The translations under genes and the position numbers were made by a program. From Pristiophorus japonicus (Eukaryota), in the NCBI RefSeq assembly GCF_044704955.1, contig NC_091996.1, positions 27,156,001 through 27,220,000 on the forward strand: a stretch of DNA of 64,000 nucleotides, in the 5' to 3' direction. How positions within the stretch are numbered: the stretch's first letter is position 1; every line of letters starts with the position of its first letter. Positions 23,203 through 37,110 of this stretch are shown in pieces. The notes under the pieces were generated by a model. It had not been told where the DNA came from and made no database searches. It worked only from the letters and a program-made list of their open reading frames with translations.

Positions 23203-23612
23203 ACCAGGCTGTGGGTTCAGCAGCGCCCATTTTACTTCAACGCCCAATAACAACTTCACTCCCAAAGTCTCCCTTCTTGCTAAAATTTTAATACAGTGCA
23301 ACTGAAAATTTTAAAATCTGTCTTCGCCACAGAGTGCCTTCAGCATAGAAGAACAACTATGTCCTTTGTGTGAAGAATACTTTCATCCCAATTGTCTTGT
23401 AGTACAGTTGCCTTTGGCGGGGCAGCTTTTCTCAGACTCACAGTTTCCGGGAAGTGCCAGCACAGAGTTGCACCGAGGACACAGTTCCACCGAGCATGAT
23501 GCGAGAAACCACAAAACAAGCTCTCAGCAAACAGCCATGCAGCCATCTGCAGTTCCCATGTCCACACACACACACACACACACACACACGGAGCCCTCAT
23601 AAACTTGCAGTC

Positions 23613-24170
23613 CAACAACAACAACCTGTATTTATATAGCGCCTTTAACGTAGTGAAACGTCCCAAGGCGCTTCACAGGAGTGTTATGAGATAAAACAAT
23701 TTGACACCGAGCCGCATAAATAGAAATTAGTGCAGGTGACCAAAAGCTTGATCACAGAGGTAGGTTTTAAGGAGCGTCTTGAAGGAGGAAAGAGAGGTAG
23801 AGAGGCGGAGAGGTTTAGGGAGGGAGTTCCAGAGCTTGGGGCCCAGGCAGCTGAGGGCACGGCCACCAATGGTTGAGTGATTATAATCAGGGATGTTCAA
23901 GAGGGCAGAATTAGAGGAGCGCAGATATCTTGGGGGGGTTGTGGGGCTGGAGGAGATTACAGAGATAGGGAGGGACGAGGCCATGGAGGGATTTGAAAAC
24001 AAGGATGAGAATTTTGAAATCAAGGTGTTGTTTAACCGGAAGCCAATGTGGTCAGCGAGTACAAGGGTGATGGGTGAGTGGGACTTGGTGCGAGTTAGGA
24101 CATGGGCTGCCGAGTTTTGGATCACCTCAAGTTTCCGTAGGGTAGAATGTGGGAGGCCAGCCAGGGAGGG
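23613..24170 (-). mobile_element. L2 LINE 3' end
   Basis: [37 protein letters not shown]; (TTG)n tail and GGCGCTATATAAAT terminus. Confidence 0.88.
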
Positions 24171-24189
24171 AGAATAACTTGTACTGCGC

Positions 24190-25840
24190 ACGCATGTGCA
24201 TACACACAGACACATACACAAGCCACACGGACGCACCCACTCACGCACAACACACACACGGACACACACTCACGCACGAACACACACACGGACACACGCT
24301 CACACACGGACACACACTGACACACAGACACACGCTCACACACGGACACACACTGACACACGGATACACACACGGACACACACACGGACACACACTCACA
24401 CACGAACACACACACGGACACACGCTCACACACGGACACACAGACACACGCTCACACAAGGACACACACTGACACACGGACACACACATGGACACACACA
24501 CGGACACACGCTCACACACAGACACACACACGGACACACACTGACACACGGACACACACACACAGACACACGCTCCCACACGGACACACACTGACACACG
24601 GACACACACAAGGACACACACTCGGACACACACTCACACACGGACACACACTCACACACGGACACACACACACAGACACACGCTCCCACACGGACACACA
24701 CTGACACACGGACACACACACGGACACACACACGGACACACACTCACACACGGACACACACACACAGACACACGCTCACACATGGACACACACTGACACA
24801 CAGATACACACACGGACACACACACGGACACACACTCACACACGAACACACACACGGACACACGCTCACACACGGACACACAGACACACGCTCACACACT
24901 GACACACGGACACACACACGGACACACGCTCACACACAGACACACACACGGACACACACTGACACACGGACACACACACACAGACACACGCTCCCACACG
25001 GACACACACTGACACACGGACACACACTCACACACGGACACACACACGGATACACACTCACACACGGACACACACACACAGACACACGCTCCCACACGGA
25101 CACACACTGACACACGGACACACACGGACACACACTCACACACGGACACACACACGGACACACACTCACACACGGACACACACACGGACACACACACGGA
25201 CACACACTCACACACGGACACACACACACAGACACACGCTCACACATGGACACACACTGACACACGGATACACACACGGACACACACACGGACACACACT
25301 CGCACACGAACACACACACGGACACACGCTCACACACGGACACACAGACACACGCTCACACACTGACACACGGACACACACACGGACACACGCTCACACA
25401 CAGACACACACACGGACACACACTGACACACGGACACACACACACAGACACACGCTCCCACACGGACACACACTGACACACGGACACACACTCACACACG
25501 GACACACACACGGATACACACTCACACACGGACACACACACACAGACACACGCTCCCACACGGACACACACTGACACACGGACACACACACGGACACACA
25601 CACGGACACACACTCACACACGGACACACACACGGACACACACTCACACATGGACACACACTTACAGACACACACACGGATACACACTCACACATTGACA
25701 CACACACGGACACACACTCACACACACAGACACACACTCACACACGGACACACACTCACAGACATACACACGGACACACACTCACACACGGACACACACA
25801 CGCACATGGACGCACACTCACGCAGGCACACATATGCGCA
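24190..25840. repeat. Compound (CA)n-based satellite (CACACGGA/CACACTGA/CACGCTCA units)
   Basis: ~1.65 kb low-complexity array with higher-order blocks. Confidence 0.95.
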
Positions 25841-26394
25841 CAAGACGAGTTGCAGCCTGGCCTAAATCAGTGCAACAACACTTCAGCGCATGATCCACTG
25901 AGGACTTCAGCGTCCCTGAATCAGTTGTTTTCTAGACTCGCACATGAACAGACCGGAGGCTGGAAAAACTGCACATCTCCTCCTGAAGTGAGCAGTTGGC
26001 AAGTTAGCATTCATGAGGCCATTGTGTTTCTGTTTTCACGGAAAAAGCAAACTGAATTGAGGAATGTGATCCCAAAACACTAATAAAAATCCTGAAATTC
26101 AATGTAATAAAAAGGATATTAACTCATTCAGTCCCCTTGAAGCAGTGGCCTTGTTCAGAGGCAATTTTTCAGAGTGGTTATTCAGTTTTACGCTGTTTTG
26201 AACTGTCAGCTTTTCTGAGGTTTGTAGCTTGGCACGTACGATAGTTCAGCATTCCATTTGCTTTTTGATGGAATTGTTGAGTGTACCAATAAACCTCAGT
26301 TTCTTTCAAGTTCCCCCTTTACTATTTCCACACAATTTATAGACTGCTAACGTTGTCCACTTTTATTTCTTCCTATATGCAACAGTTGCTTTTA

Positions 26395-26760
26395 TTTTTG
26401 TTCGCAGGATGTTGACATCGCTGGCAAGGTGGCTAATATTGCCCATCCGCAGTTGGGCCTGAGAAGGCGGCGATGGCACATGTTCTTGACACACTGCCGT
26501 CCATGTGGGCGATGGTACTCCCACATTAGGACTGGGTAGGGAATTCCGGGATATTGACCCAGTGACACCGCAGGAATGCCGATCTATGTCCAAGTCAGGA
26601 AGGTGACTTGGAATGGGAACCTGGAGGTCCACGATCTTGCTGCATCCCAGTGCTACATCACGAAGCAGGCAGCAGTTATCAAGGTAACTTTGTTGAGTCG
26701 CTGCAATGCATCTTGTAGATAGTCCAGTGATGGAAGGGGTAGCTATTGAATCCAGGGCAC
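26395..26760 (-). mobile_element. Old LINE 3' fragment
   Basis: Minus VTGSISRNSLP (WNSLP-like); terminus resembles SINE tail at 53270-53350. Confidence 0.5.
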
Positions 26761-27221
26761 TTATCAAGTAAACTGCTTTGTCACGGCAAATGTAATTCCT
26801 AGTCTGTATTGCCCTTTTGACCCAGTCTAAAATCATTGCAGCCGACAATCATTGAAACATTATGCAGCGCAGTCATACACTGCAGTCAATCGTAAATATG
26901 GAAATCCGAATATAATTTTTCTAAGTAAATCTCACCACCATTCCAACCCGACTCCCTATTTCATTTTGAAAATCTGGACATTCTGTAATTTCAGTTACAG
27001 GAATGTTCAAGAAAAGATATTTAATACATTGGAGAAAATAACACTGCACATTAGACAGTACTGAGCCTGCCCTGGAAAGTTACAATGAGATAAATAAAAG
27101 ATTTTTAAATAAGCATCCTAGAAGCTTATTTGTTATCATTATTTTAAGACAAACACTAAATAAACTCATCTGTAGCTGCATCTTAAAAGATTTCTGTCTC
27201 AAGTGCATGTGTAACAACATA

Positions 27222-27658
27222 GAAAGAAGATTTGGATTTATATAGCGCCTTTTACAGCCAATGGAATACTTTTGGAGTGTAGTCACTGTTGCAATGTGGG
27301 AAACACGGCAGCCAATTTGCTCACAGCAAGCTCCCATAAACAGCAATGTGATAATGACCAGGTAATCTGTTTTTGGTTATGTTGAGTGAGTGTTTAATGT
27401 TGGCCAGGACATCGGGGATAACTCCCCTGCTATTCTTCAAAATATTTCCATGGAATCTTTAACTTCCACTTGAGAAAGCAGACGGGGCCTCGGTTTAATG
27501 TCTCATCTGAAAGACAGCACCTCCAATAGTGCAGTGCTCCCTCAGCTCTGCACTGGAGTGTCAACCTAGATTTATGTGCTTAAGTCCCTGGAGTGGGTCT
27601 TGAGCCCACAACCTTCTGACTCAGAGACAGGTGTGCTACCCACTGAGCCACAGCTGAC
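27222..27658 (-). mobile_element. DeuSINE
   Basis: Match to other copies. Confidence 0.85.
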
Positions 27659-27899
27659 AGTAACAGCTGATTTATTAACCCTGACAGTCTCCAATACCAG
27701 TGGAAAAAAGCAGATTTTCTAGTGAAACCCTAACTAGAAAATCTATGGGGTTCTGCTACTTACTCCACAAAATGCAAATTAAAAGAACCAGACCTAAACT
27801 TAATTCACAAATTAAGATTTGTTTTTAAATAGATCGGATAAAATTCATCTCCCATGTCATAATACAACTGGCACTGCTGTTGAACACTATGGGGGTAAT

Positions 27900-28381
27900 T
27901 GGTATCCAATTCTAGGCACCGCACTTTAGGAAGGATGTGAAGGCCTTAGAGAATAGTCCAGGGATGAGGGACTTCAGTCACGTGGATAGACTGGGGAAGC
28001 TGCCGTTGTTCTCCTTAGAACAGAGAAGGTCGAGAGGAGATTTGATCGAGGTGTTCAAAATCATGAGGGGTCTGGACAAAGTAGATAGAAAGAAACTGTT
28101 CCCATTGGCAGAAGGGTCGAGAACCAGAGGACACAGATTTAAGGTGATTGGCAAAAGAACCAAAGGCGATATGAGGAAAACCCTTTTACGCAGCGAGTGG
28201 TTGGGATCTGGAATGCGCTGCCTGAAAGGGTGGTGGAGGCAGACTCAATCGTGGATTTCAAAAGGGAATTGGATAAGTACCTGAGGAAAAAAAATTTACA
28301 GGGCTACGGGGAAAGGGCGGGGGTGTGGGACTGGCTGAAGTGGTCTTGCAGAGGGCCGGCACGGGCTCGACGGGCCGAATA
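27900..28381 (+). mobile_element. CR1 3' fragment (different subfamily), tail cut by RTE insertion
   Basis: LFSLEQRRSRGDLIEVFKIMRG, WNALP; ends at GGGCCGAAT. Confidence 0.85.
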
Positions 28382-29815
28382 GATAGAGGATGGGACGACC
28401 TTGGATATGGAATGGAGGCGGCGGAGGTTGAACAGGTTTCTATTGGTTCTATAGTTTAGTTCCACTCCAGCGGGGAGCTTGTTGAGCGTGAGATGGAGCA
28501 TTGCAGCGAGGAAGATCAAGAAGAGGGTCGGTGCGATGACGCAGCCCTGCTTGACCCCAGTCCGGACATGGGTTGGGTCTGTGGTGGATCCGTTGGTCAG
28601 GATCATAGTTTGGATGTCGTCATGGAGCAGACGGAGAATGGTGACAAACATTTGGGGGCAGCCGAAACGCAGGAGGACGCTCGATAGTCTCTCACGGTTG
28701 ACATTGTCAAAGGTCTTTGTGAGGTCAAAGAAGGCCATGTACAAGGATTGGTGCTGTTCCCTGCATTTCTCTTGTAGCTGTCGCGCGGTGAAGACCATGT
28801 CCGTTGTAATCCTTAGTGGACAGAATTCGCATTGTGACTCTGGGAGGCCAAACTCCAAGCCATCGTCAACATCTTCACCGAGGCGTACAAAAGCTTGAGC
28901 CTCATACTAAACATCTGTAAGACAAAGGTCCTCCACCAACCTGACCCCACCAAACAGCACAACGCACCCCGTCATCAAAATCCACGACGCTGCCTTGGAC
29001 AACTTGGACCATTTTCCATAACTCGGGAGCCTATGATCAGCAAGGGCAGATATCGATGACAAGGTCCAACACCGCCTCCAATGTACCAGCGCAGCCTTCG
29101 GTCACCTGAGGAAGAGAGTGTTTGAAGAGCATGACCTCAAATCTGGCACCAAGCTTATGGTCTACAGGGCAGTAGTGATACCCGCCCTCCTGTATGGCTC
29201 AGAGACGTGGACTATATACAGTAGATACCTCAAAGTGCTGGAGAAATACCACATACGCTGCCTCCGCAAGATCCTGCAAATCCACTGGAAGGACAGACAA
29301 ACCAACATCAGTGTTCTCGCCCAGGCCAACATCCCCAGTATCGAAGCACTGACCACACTCAACCAGCTCTGTTGGGCGGGCCACATCGTCTGCATGCCCG
29401 ACACGAGACTCCCAAAACAAGCGCTCTACTTGGAACTCCTACATGGCAAGCGAGCCCCAGGTGGGCAGAGGAAATGTTACAAAGACACCCTCAAAGCCTC
29501 CTTGATAAAATGCAACATCCCCACCGGCACCTGGGAATCCTTGGCCAAAGACCACCCTAAGTGGAGGAAGAGCATCCGGGAGGGCGCTGAGCACCTCGAG
29601 TCTCCTCACCGAGAGCATGCAGAAATCAAGCGCAGACAGCAGAAGGAGTGTGCGGCAAACCAGACTCGCCACCCACCCTTTCCTCCAACCACTGTCTGCC
29701 CCACCTGTGACAGAGACTGTCATTCCCACATTGGACTGTTCAGTTAAATGATAAAACTCACTTTTAGAGTGGAAGCAAATCTTCCTTGAATTCGAGGAAC
29801 TGCCTATGATGATGA
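28382..29815 (+). mobile_element. RTE LINE with inverted 5' segment (28382-28847 minus; 28844-29815 plus)
   Basis: Minus: LPESQ..FFDLTKTFD..GVKQGCVIAPTLF..VPSSI; plus: EAKLQAIVNIFTEAY..LYGSETW..CPTC; (ATG)n tail. Confidence 0.9.
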
Positions 29816-29959
29816 CTTTGTATAATTGACCTATAAACCAACCTAAAAGCACAAGAAAACACCAGCTCTACCAAATTAAGCCTGAATTTAACATCAGGAC
29901 AGGGTGGGTTAGTGCAGTTCTTAAGCAAACATTACAGTAAAATGAGTGGCCACACTGTC

Positions 29960-30090
29960 TCGGGGAATCAAGGAATATGGGGATAGGGTGGGAAAGTGGT
30001 ATTGAGGTTGTAGATCAGCCATGCTCTTACTGAATGGTGGTGCGGGCTCGAGGGGCCTTATGTCCTACTCCTGCTCCTAATTCTTATGTG
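29960..30090 (+). mobile_element. CR1 3'UTR/tail fragment
   Basis: GATCAGCCATG..GGCTCGAGGGG..CCTACTCCTGCTCCT..TTCTTATG. Confidence 0.75.
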
Positions 30091-32510
30091 CTTTCACCTT
30101 TGGGACCTGGCTTCAAATCAGGTCCAAATTGATGGACTTTAAGCTTGCTGTCTATGTTCGTTGACAGGGCCCTAGATAAAATGGGTTTGACAGTATCAAC
30201 TGAGTAGGTGCAGGTTGACAGAGCACATCTGTCAATATTTGCCTCTAAATTGAGAATCTCACTCCGAAAGGTTATAAGGACAGCTATTGTGAGAGATGGA
30301 GAAAATAAGACTGAGGCAGAAGACGCTACTTTTGTGAGGCTGGAGTTGAGGGACGATCGTGGGGAGTCGAGGAGCTGTGCATTGCACGTCACCAAGTGAT
30401 TTTTTGATGCCGATACCAGTCATGGATTTCATCCCCCAGCACCATCTTACACCTTGAGGAGCACAAATTATTTTGTGTTGGATACTGTAAGGACTGAGGC
30501 AGACACGTGGAAGGTGAAGAATTACTGATCTTACCTGCAATACAACAAGCAATCAAAGGACTGCTGTAGATCACGGAAATAGTTTGCGTCACACCTATGT
30601 CGCCATATATTACACAGGGACACTCACTTGGCGTGGGAGGGGGAGGGAGGCGGGGGAGATGCTGAATTTAGTGCTCCAGGGAACAACCTTACACATCAAT
30701 AAAGCATATTTCAACCTATTGGTGACCAAGTTAATAGGTCCATTCAGCTATAAACGAGTTGTTGGTTGCTTAATTTGCTGTAAAGTTTATCAGTCAAGTG
30801 AAACTGTAACCATTCATCACAATCTAAATACAAATGATAATTAATAGCAAGAACATAGACATGCCATAACTCTGATTTAAAAAAATATATATTTGCAAGT
30901 TGCCAGTAAAATAAATAGTATTAATGTTATGAGGCAGCTGGGCAAAGAAATGCCTCTTCAGTTCTGAGAGGTTGGTAAAAGGATCATTTCAATTCTACTG
31001 CTTATGGTAAGCCTTTTTGAGAAAAGGCCTGAAGGGTGAAATTTGTATTATTTGCCACATTACTGTGTGACTTTTATCCAATTTAAGAAAAGGCCGAATT
31101 ACACTTGTAATTCAAAAGGATCCACATCCTTAATATTATAAAGGAGCAAAGTTAAAGAACACTAATGATGCCCGTTGGGTGCAGGCCATGCAAGTGGGGC
31201 CCAAAGGTTGCTGATGGCCTCTCAATGAACCTCATCAGCTTTTGACAGGTTGTTGCCTATGGCCACCAGAGATGTGATCATGATGAGAGACGTCTGTGTG
31301 TTCATTATGCTGCCTGTGCCTCAGCCAATGGTGCTTTACTCCAAAGAGCTTACATTTTGAAATAGTATTTTCTTTGATTTATAGCGTAAGCAATGGAAGC
31401 TTGGTTCTGACAGCCGCCATCAATAGTTTCAGATTTCTTTTCAATCTTGCATTCCACTGTCAGAATGGCTCGGAGCTTTTCAGTTCAGTAATAGCAATTA
31501 CTGTAGCATTTCATTGCCAGCCAATATATTAAAGCACTTCTTATGACTGGATTGTTTTTTTTTTAAAGTTGGTTGCTTGCTGTTACAATATAATTTGGAT
31601 TAAATTAAAATACGCTTTCCAAAGCCTGTACATCCATCTTGTATAAGTCAGAATAGACTTTAAATCTATAGACCCACACAATCACTGCATGTCAATAAAG
31701 ACCTGCACATTTTAAATATATCAGTAAATTAAAGTATCTATTTCTGTTCTCTTCAGAGTTAACCAAATGTAATATGCTTAAAAGTGTTGCAGGATCAGGT
31801 ATCGGCCACAAATAGAGACACAGAGCAGAGTTCTCTCCTTTTCTGCCCACCTTCTCCAGGAATAATTTCAGTCAACAGTGGACTGCAGTTTGAGTGCAAA
31901 CCTTGTATGGTTTTCGTTAAAAAAAATCAAATTCATTGCAAACAAACCCCAGCTATTATTCATTGTCTCTGACTCTCCAAAAAAGGACAAGAAAAGCAAA
32001 CCTATCAACGCAATCACGTAATACATCACTTCATTTTCTAATAAAAATGACCAGGGACTTCTTCTGAAAGCAAAAGGGGAGGATTTAAAATGTTTTTATG
32101 CACTGCACCCACTAAGGCATTTGTTGCTGTGCATTAATCTGTGCAACAGCCATGTGGGAACATTCAATACAGGCATCCTCGGCCAACAAACAGAAATCGT
32201 TTTCTCAGCATCTCACATGTGTTAAAGCTGCTACTAAGTTTCCTCTGTTTGCTCATTGGGTTTCTCAATAATGTTCCATGGCTTTGTCTTGGTGGGGTGA
32301 ACTGGCGCGGTTAGCAATGTACAACCCTCTGGACTGAAAGGAAAACATTGACCAAGACAAAGAGTTATCCCAATTGCCATGGAGTCTTCGTTGCACGCAA
32401 AGCAAGCAAAGGATGATGGTTCCAGCACTTGAGGCTTCGGGCATAGGTACGATGGGCCGAATGGCCTCCTTCTGTGCTGTAAGATTCTACGATTCTCTCC
32501 TTCAAAAGTG

Positions 32511-32982
32511 TAAAGACTTGGCTTTATATAGCACCTTTCACGACCACTGGACGTCTCAAAGCGTTTTATAGCCAATGAAGTACTTTAAAAAGAAAAGTGT
32601 AGTCACTGTTGTGATGTAGGAAACACGGCAGCCAATTTGTGCACAAGCAAGCTCCCACAAACAGCAATATGATAATGACCAGATAATCTGTTTTTGTTAT
32701 GTTGATTGAGGGATAAATATTGGCCAGGACACCGGGGATAACTCCCCTGCTCTTCTTCGAAATAGTGCCATGGGATCTTTTACATCCACTTGAGAGGGCA
32801 GACAGGACCTCGGTTTAACATCTCACCCGAAAGACGGCACCTCCGACAGTGAAGCACTCTCTCAGCACTGCGCTGGAGTGTCAGCCAAGCTTTTTCATGC
32901 TCAAGTCCCTGGAGTGGGACTTGAATCCACAACCTTCTGACTCAAGAAGCAAGAGTGCTGCCCACTGAGCCACAGCTGACAC
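32511..32982 (-). mobile_element. DeuSINE
   Basis: Full-length match to other copies. Confidence 0.87.
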
Positions 32983-34020
32983 TAAAGGGGTAGCAGGTTA
33001 GTTCCCCAGGTAAGTCTCGAAGCGTCCATCGAAAAGGAACCTGAACTCATGGACAACCTGCACAATGGTGGGGAACTGTTCTGTTCCTCCACAGATGTAA
33101 AACTGAAGACTATAAAGATAAGGTAGGAGCGTACAGCACCCTGTTTCCTTAGGCCATAATTTTATACTTTTGGACTATCCCGATAAGGTAACCTATCTGT
33201 TGCGTTAATCAGAACTACAGTTACTATTAAGATCTTTTCTTTACATCTTACGCAGCCTAGCCAGTTTTGAAATGTGTATCTGCAGTACGGATTAGTACCT
33301 CCAAACAAAATGCGCATTGTTCTCATGACATACTGAATGGCTGCAAATCGCAATCATAGATCAGTTTCTTTATTTTTAAATGTGTTGTCATTCACTTTTT
33401 TAAAAACGTATAATCCGTTTTAAATGAAAATAACAAGGCCAAACAGGGGATTTAATAATTGCACCAAAATGTTGCCGCCTTGCTTATATACACTGACTAA
33501 TATTAATGCCAATGCACACAAGTGTTTCAGAAATGTTGCGGCTGAGGCAGCAGAAAATCTAGGATGCAGTCGACTGCAGTCCTTCACATGGTGAGTTACC
33601 AATCTCCGGTTTGGCATCATGACGAGGACCTGACAGGGAGGAGAGGCCAGTTACCCATGTGTGCCAACTTGCAGCAGCAGTGATGGAGGCCTGTTCTTCA
33701 GCCACCGTCAGTGCATTGCCCAATGAATCAAATTACTGCAGACTTTCAAAAAAAGAATGAAATGAAATTTAAACTTAGTTCACTGGCAGTGGTGGCTATA
33801 TTCTTTGATCTATGTTAGATACTACTAGTTGTTAGGTGAGCAAATTTCATAAAGAGGCTTTTCAAGTCATTTACAAAAATTCTGGCTCGTTTCAAAAGGC
33901 GTTTCAGAAAAGCATGGTGCTGGAGAGTCATGTGAGCAAAGATCCCATAACTAACACTAGTTGACAAGAGTTCCCAATGGCTCAAAGGGTTTATACTCAA
34001 GGTCCCACATTCAACCCTTC

Positions 34021-34724
34021 GGGTGAGAAATCTCGTTGCACCCCGTTTGGGGCAATAACTTTTGGAATCTCCAAAAAGTATCGGCAGGTGATAATCCTTT
34101 TTTGCTCCTGGGAACTTCAACTTTAGCATTCCAAGAGTGAAAGTGGAGTGCTAAATGAAGTTTACTAAAATCCACTTCTATTGGGGTGCTAGTGTGTGAG
34201 TGAGGCAGTAGTGGCAGAGCGCTGAAGAATATTCAGTCCAGTGCTGCTGGCATCAGAGGCTCTTTCCCTCGCTTAAAGGGAAGGGCCAGTGATGGGTTGC
34301 AACATTCTTCTGCTTAGTTCTGTGTGGTGAGGTGACCTGCGCGACTGCCATTACAGCCCCAATCACTCTGAGAGAATGGAGGGCTTAGACATGGTGCAGC
34401 ATGAGGCTTCAAAAACTTTCAGCAGGCACCAGACTGGTGGGAAGAAAAACGTTTGGCCTGACCACCACTGCCTTTAATTATCACTCTCCAAGCAGCCAGC
34501 CGAGGTGACGCCTCCTCTTTCTGCTGTTGTTGATGCCAGCGATACAGAAGGATGCAGGAGCGAATTTTACATCTGGGGCTGGAACAGGGAGCCGCGCACT
34601 TGATGACGTCACAATCTACGGGGCATTGTTGAATTCGCCGTGCCTGGTCGGTAACCCCTTAGTGCCCCATTACCGCCCCCCGCAGGTGCTAACAGGAGGC
34701 ACAAAGCAGCCGAATTTCTCCCCC
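34021..34724. mobile_element. Decayed MITE (Harbinger-like termini)
   Basis: GGGTGAGAAATCTCGTTGC versus reverse complement of right end GGGGGAGAAATTCGGCTGC. Confidence 0.45.
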
Positions 34725-36164
34725 TTAATCTGTGCTGTCTTAGCTGATTTCAGACAGGTCTCCAGCATGTGCAGTACACCTGGTTTCAGTACCTTAGATA
34801 AGGATGGGAAAAATCAGTCAGGGTTCCTCATCATTACCCAGCAGGAAGTGCACAATTGCAACAATTAGATGAGGACAAGATTGGTCTTGGCTGTGATGAG
34901 CCCGTGCTGACATTTATTGTCAAGGCCCATTCCCGAAGAATGATCACTTGAGCTATGTACCAGAGGGCACCCATGCAACTGCACACTGGCAAGAAGTCAA
35001 AGCCTTCAGAGTAAGTGGGGAGACAACTGGCAAGAACAAAAACTGGCTTGACATAACCTGGGAGCAAACATTGTGTAGAATTCTCCCTATGTGACCTCAG
35101 AAATTCTGCTCCTTGGCATCATGAAGGAAGAATAAACTGGGGGTGGGAAAAGTAGAACCCAGATATCTCTTTCTCTGGCATTTGTAATTACCTACAGCTA
35201 AATAAATACTTATTAGTGAGTTCATTTTCACATGGCATCTTGTTCACTTGGGCTGCAAACTTAGAAAATCCTCTTCACTTTTTGGAGCTGAACATGAATG
35301 TTTACTCTGTTTAAAGGACAAGAATTCCTTTCAAATTAGAGGGCGGGGGGAGGAAGTGCGCATGATACAGATTTTATTCATAGTTGTCAGTTTATCCCTC
35401 AAACCCAGACTAAGTTCTCAGGACAGCTGAGAGTCAAAGTCAAATCCACAAATTGTATTTGGATGAAAGCCTGCTCAGTGTGTTCACTGCACCTTCTCCT
35501 GTTTTTGATGCACAAAGTAATTGTGCTCCCAAACTACAAAGCTCGTTTTCATGTAGTCGCAAGTGAAAACAATAGTCTAATCCTGCTGGGTCTGACTGAA
35601 TTTATCTTGTGTCCTAAACTACTAAACGCCAGACAATGATACAGCACCACAGGGTTCATTATTTTTCACTATTGGGATGTAATTGCTAAAAGGAAATTAT
35701 TTCAGCAAAGGTCGTAAGATTACATTCCTCACTGCAGATAAGACTGCAGTAAGTGTAAATGCTGTACATCCCTCTTTTTTTTATAAATGAAAAAGCAGGT
35801 GAGCAGGAATCACAGCATGCAAGTCTAAAATTAGGTCTGACTGCAATTCTGGCCAGGGCACATTTATCTCTGATGAGTTGCAAATCTTGCACAGCACCAT
35901 ATGTTCTCACTGAATAGATCTCAGAGATTTTGCAGGTAGATCCAGGTGCGTAGCACTTGTACTCCAACCAGAGGACATGTTCTCAATTCTGACAGGCGTT
36001 TACACAACGGACTAGATTATAACATGAAGAACTTTGCTGTGGGAGTAACAAGAGAAAGAAACAAGCAACATTTCTCCTAACTCACAGATACGGGATGTGC
36101 CCACACAAAAATCCATGACATCAATTATAGACTGGTCAAAGAGAAAATGCAGCTTTAACCATTA

Positions 36165-37110
36165 TTCCAAGCAACAATTTGCATCTTTAATCGAGCTTTT
36201 AATGTAGAAAAAGCGTCACAGAAGCGTAATCAAACAAAAAAATGGATGTTAATCCTAAGAAGCAAATAGAAGGCGAGACCAAAAGCTTGGTCAGAGTTGG
36301 GTTTTAAGAGGGTCTTGGAGGAGAGGTACGTGGAGAGATTTAGGGATGAAATTCTAGAGTGTGGGACCTAGACAGTTACAGGTGTGGTCGCCAATGGTGG
36401 GGCAAAGTGGTGGTGCGAGGGGCGAGGGGAACACTAGATGCCAGAGTCAAAAGAGGAGCTGATTTATTTTGGGCAGGGCGTTTGTCGGGCTGAAGGGGTT
36501 TTGAGAGACAAAGAGGGGCAAGACCATAGGAGATTTAAACACAAATTTGAGGATTTGAATTTGGTGAGAAGGACCTGACAGAGGATAGGATATAGGCAGC
36601 AGAGTATTGGATAGGCTGAGGCTTACGGAGTTTGTAGAATGGCAGGTCAGCCAGAAGAGCATTGATGATAGTCAAGTCTAGAGTTGACAAAGGTGCGGAT
36701 GAGGGTTTCAGCAGCATTTGGGCTAAGGCAGTGCTTAGGCAGACAATGGAAGTAAGCAGTCTTTGTGATGGAGAGTATATGGGATTGCATGCTCAGCTGG
36801 TTGTCGAGTAGGATACCAAGTTTATGAACAGTCTGGTTCAACCTGTGATAGTGGCCAGGGAGGCGAATGGACTCAGTGGCAAGGGTACAGAGTTTGTGGC
36901 GGGAGCCAAAGACGATGACTTTGAACCTCCTGAAGTCTAACTGGAGGTAATTGCAGTTCATTCAAGACTGGATGTCAGAGAGGCAGTTTGACAGCACAGA
37001 GGGATTGAGAGAGGTGGTGGAGAAGTAGAGCTAGATGTCATCATGTGGAATTTGACCCCAAGTTTTCAAATGATGTCGCTAAGAGTCAGCATGTAGATGA
37101 GGCTTAAAGA
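36165..37110 (-). mobile_element. Old L2 LINE 3' fragment
   Basis: KLGILLD..ITKTAYFH, AETLIRTFVNSRLDY motifs; tail similar to 23613-23800. Confidence 0.75.

Noticed and set aside
24122-25865. Many ORFs rich in C/V/H/T
   Set aside because: Translation artefacts of the CA satellite
27760-27800. Minus-strand AG|GTCTGGTTCTTTTAATTTG..|GTAAGT reading SGSFNL, resembling the start of PBX3 exon 7
   Set aside because: Lies downstream of the stop codon and 3'UTR, is only ~30 nt, and is out of frame with exon 6; chance match
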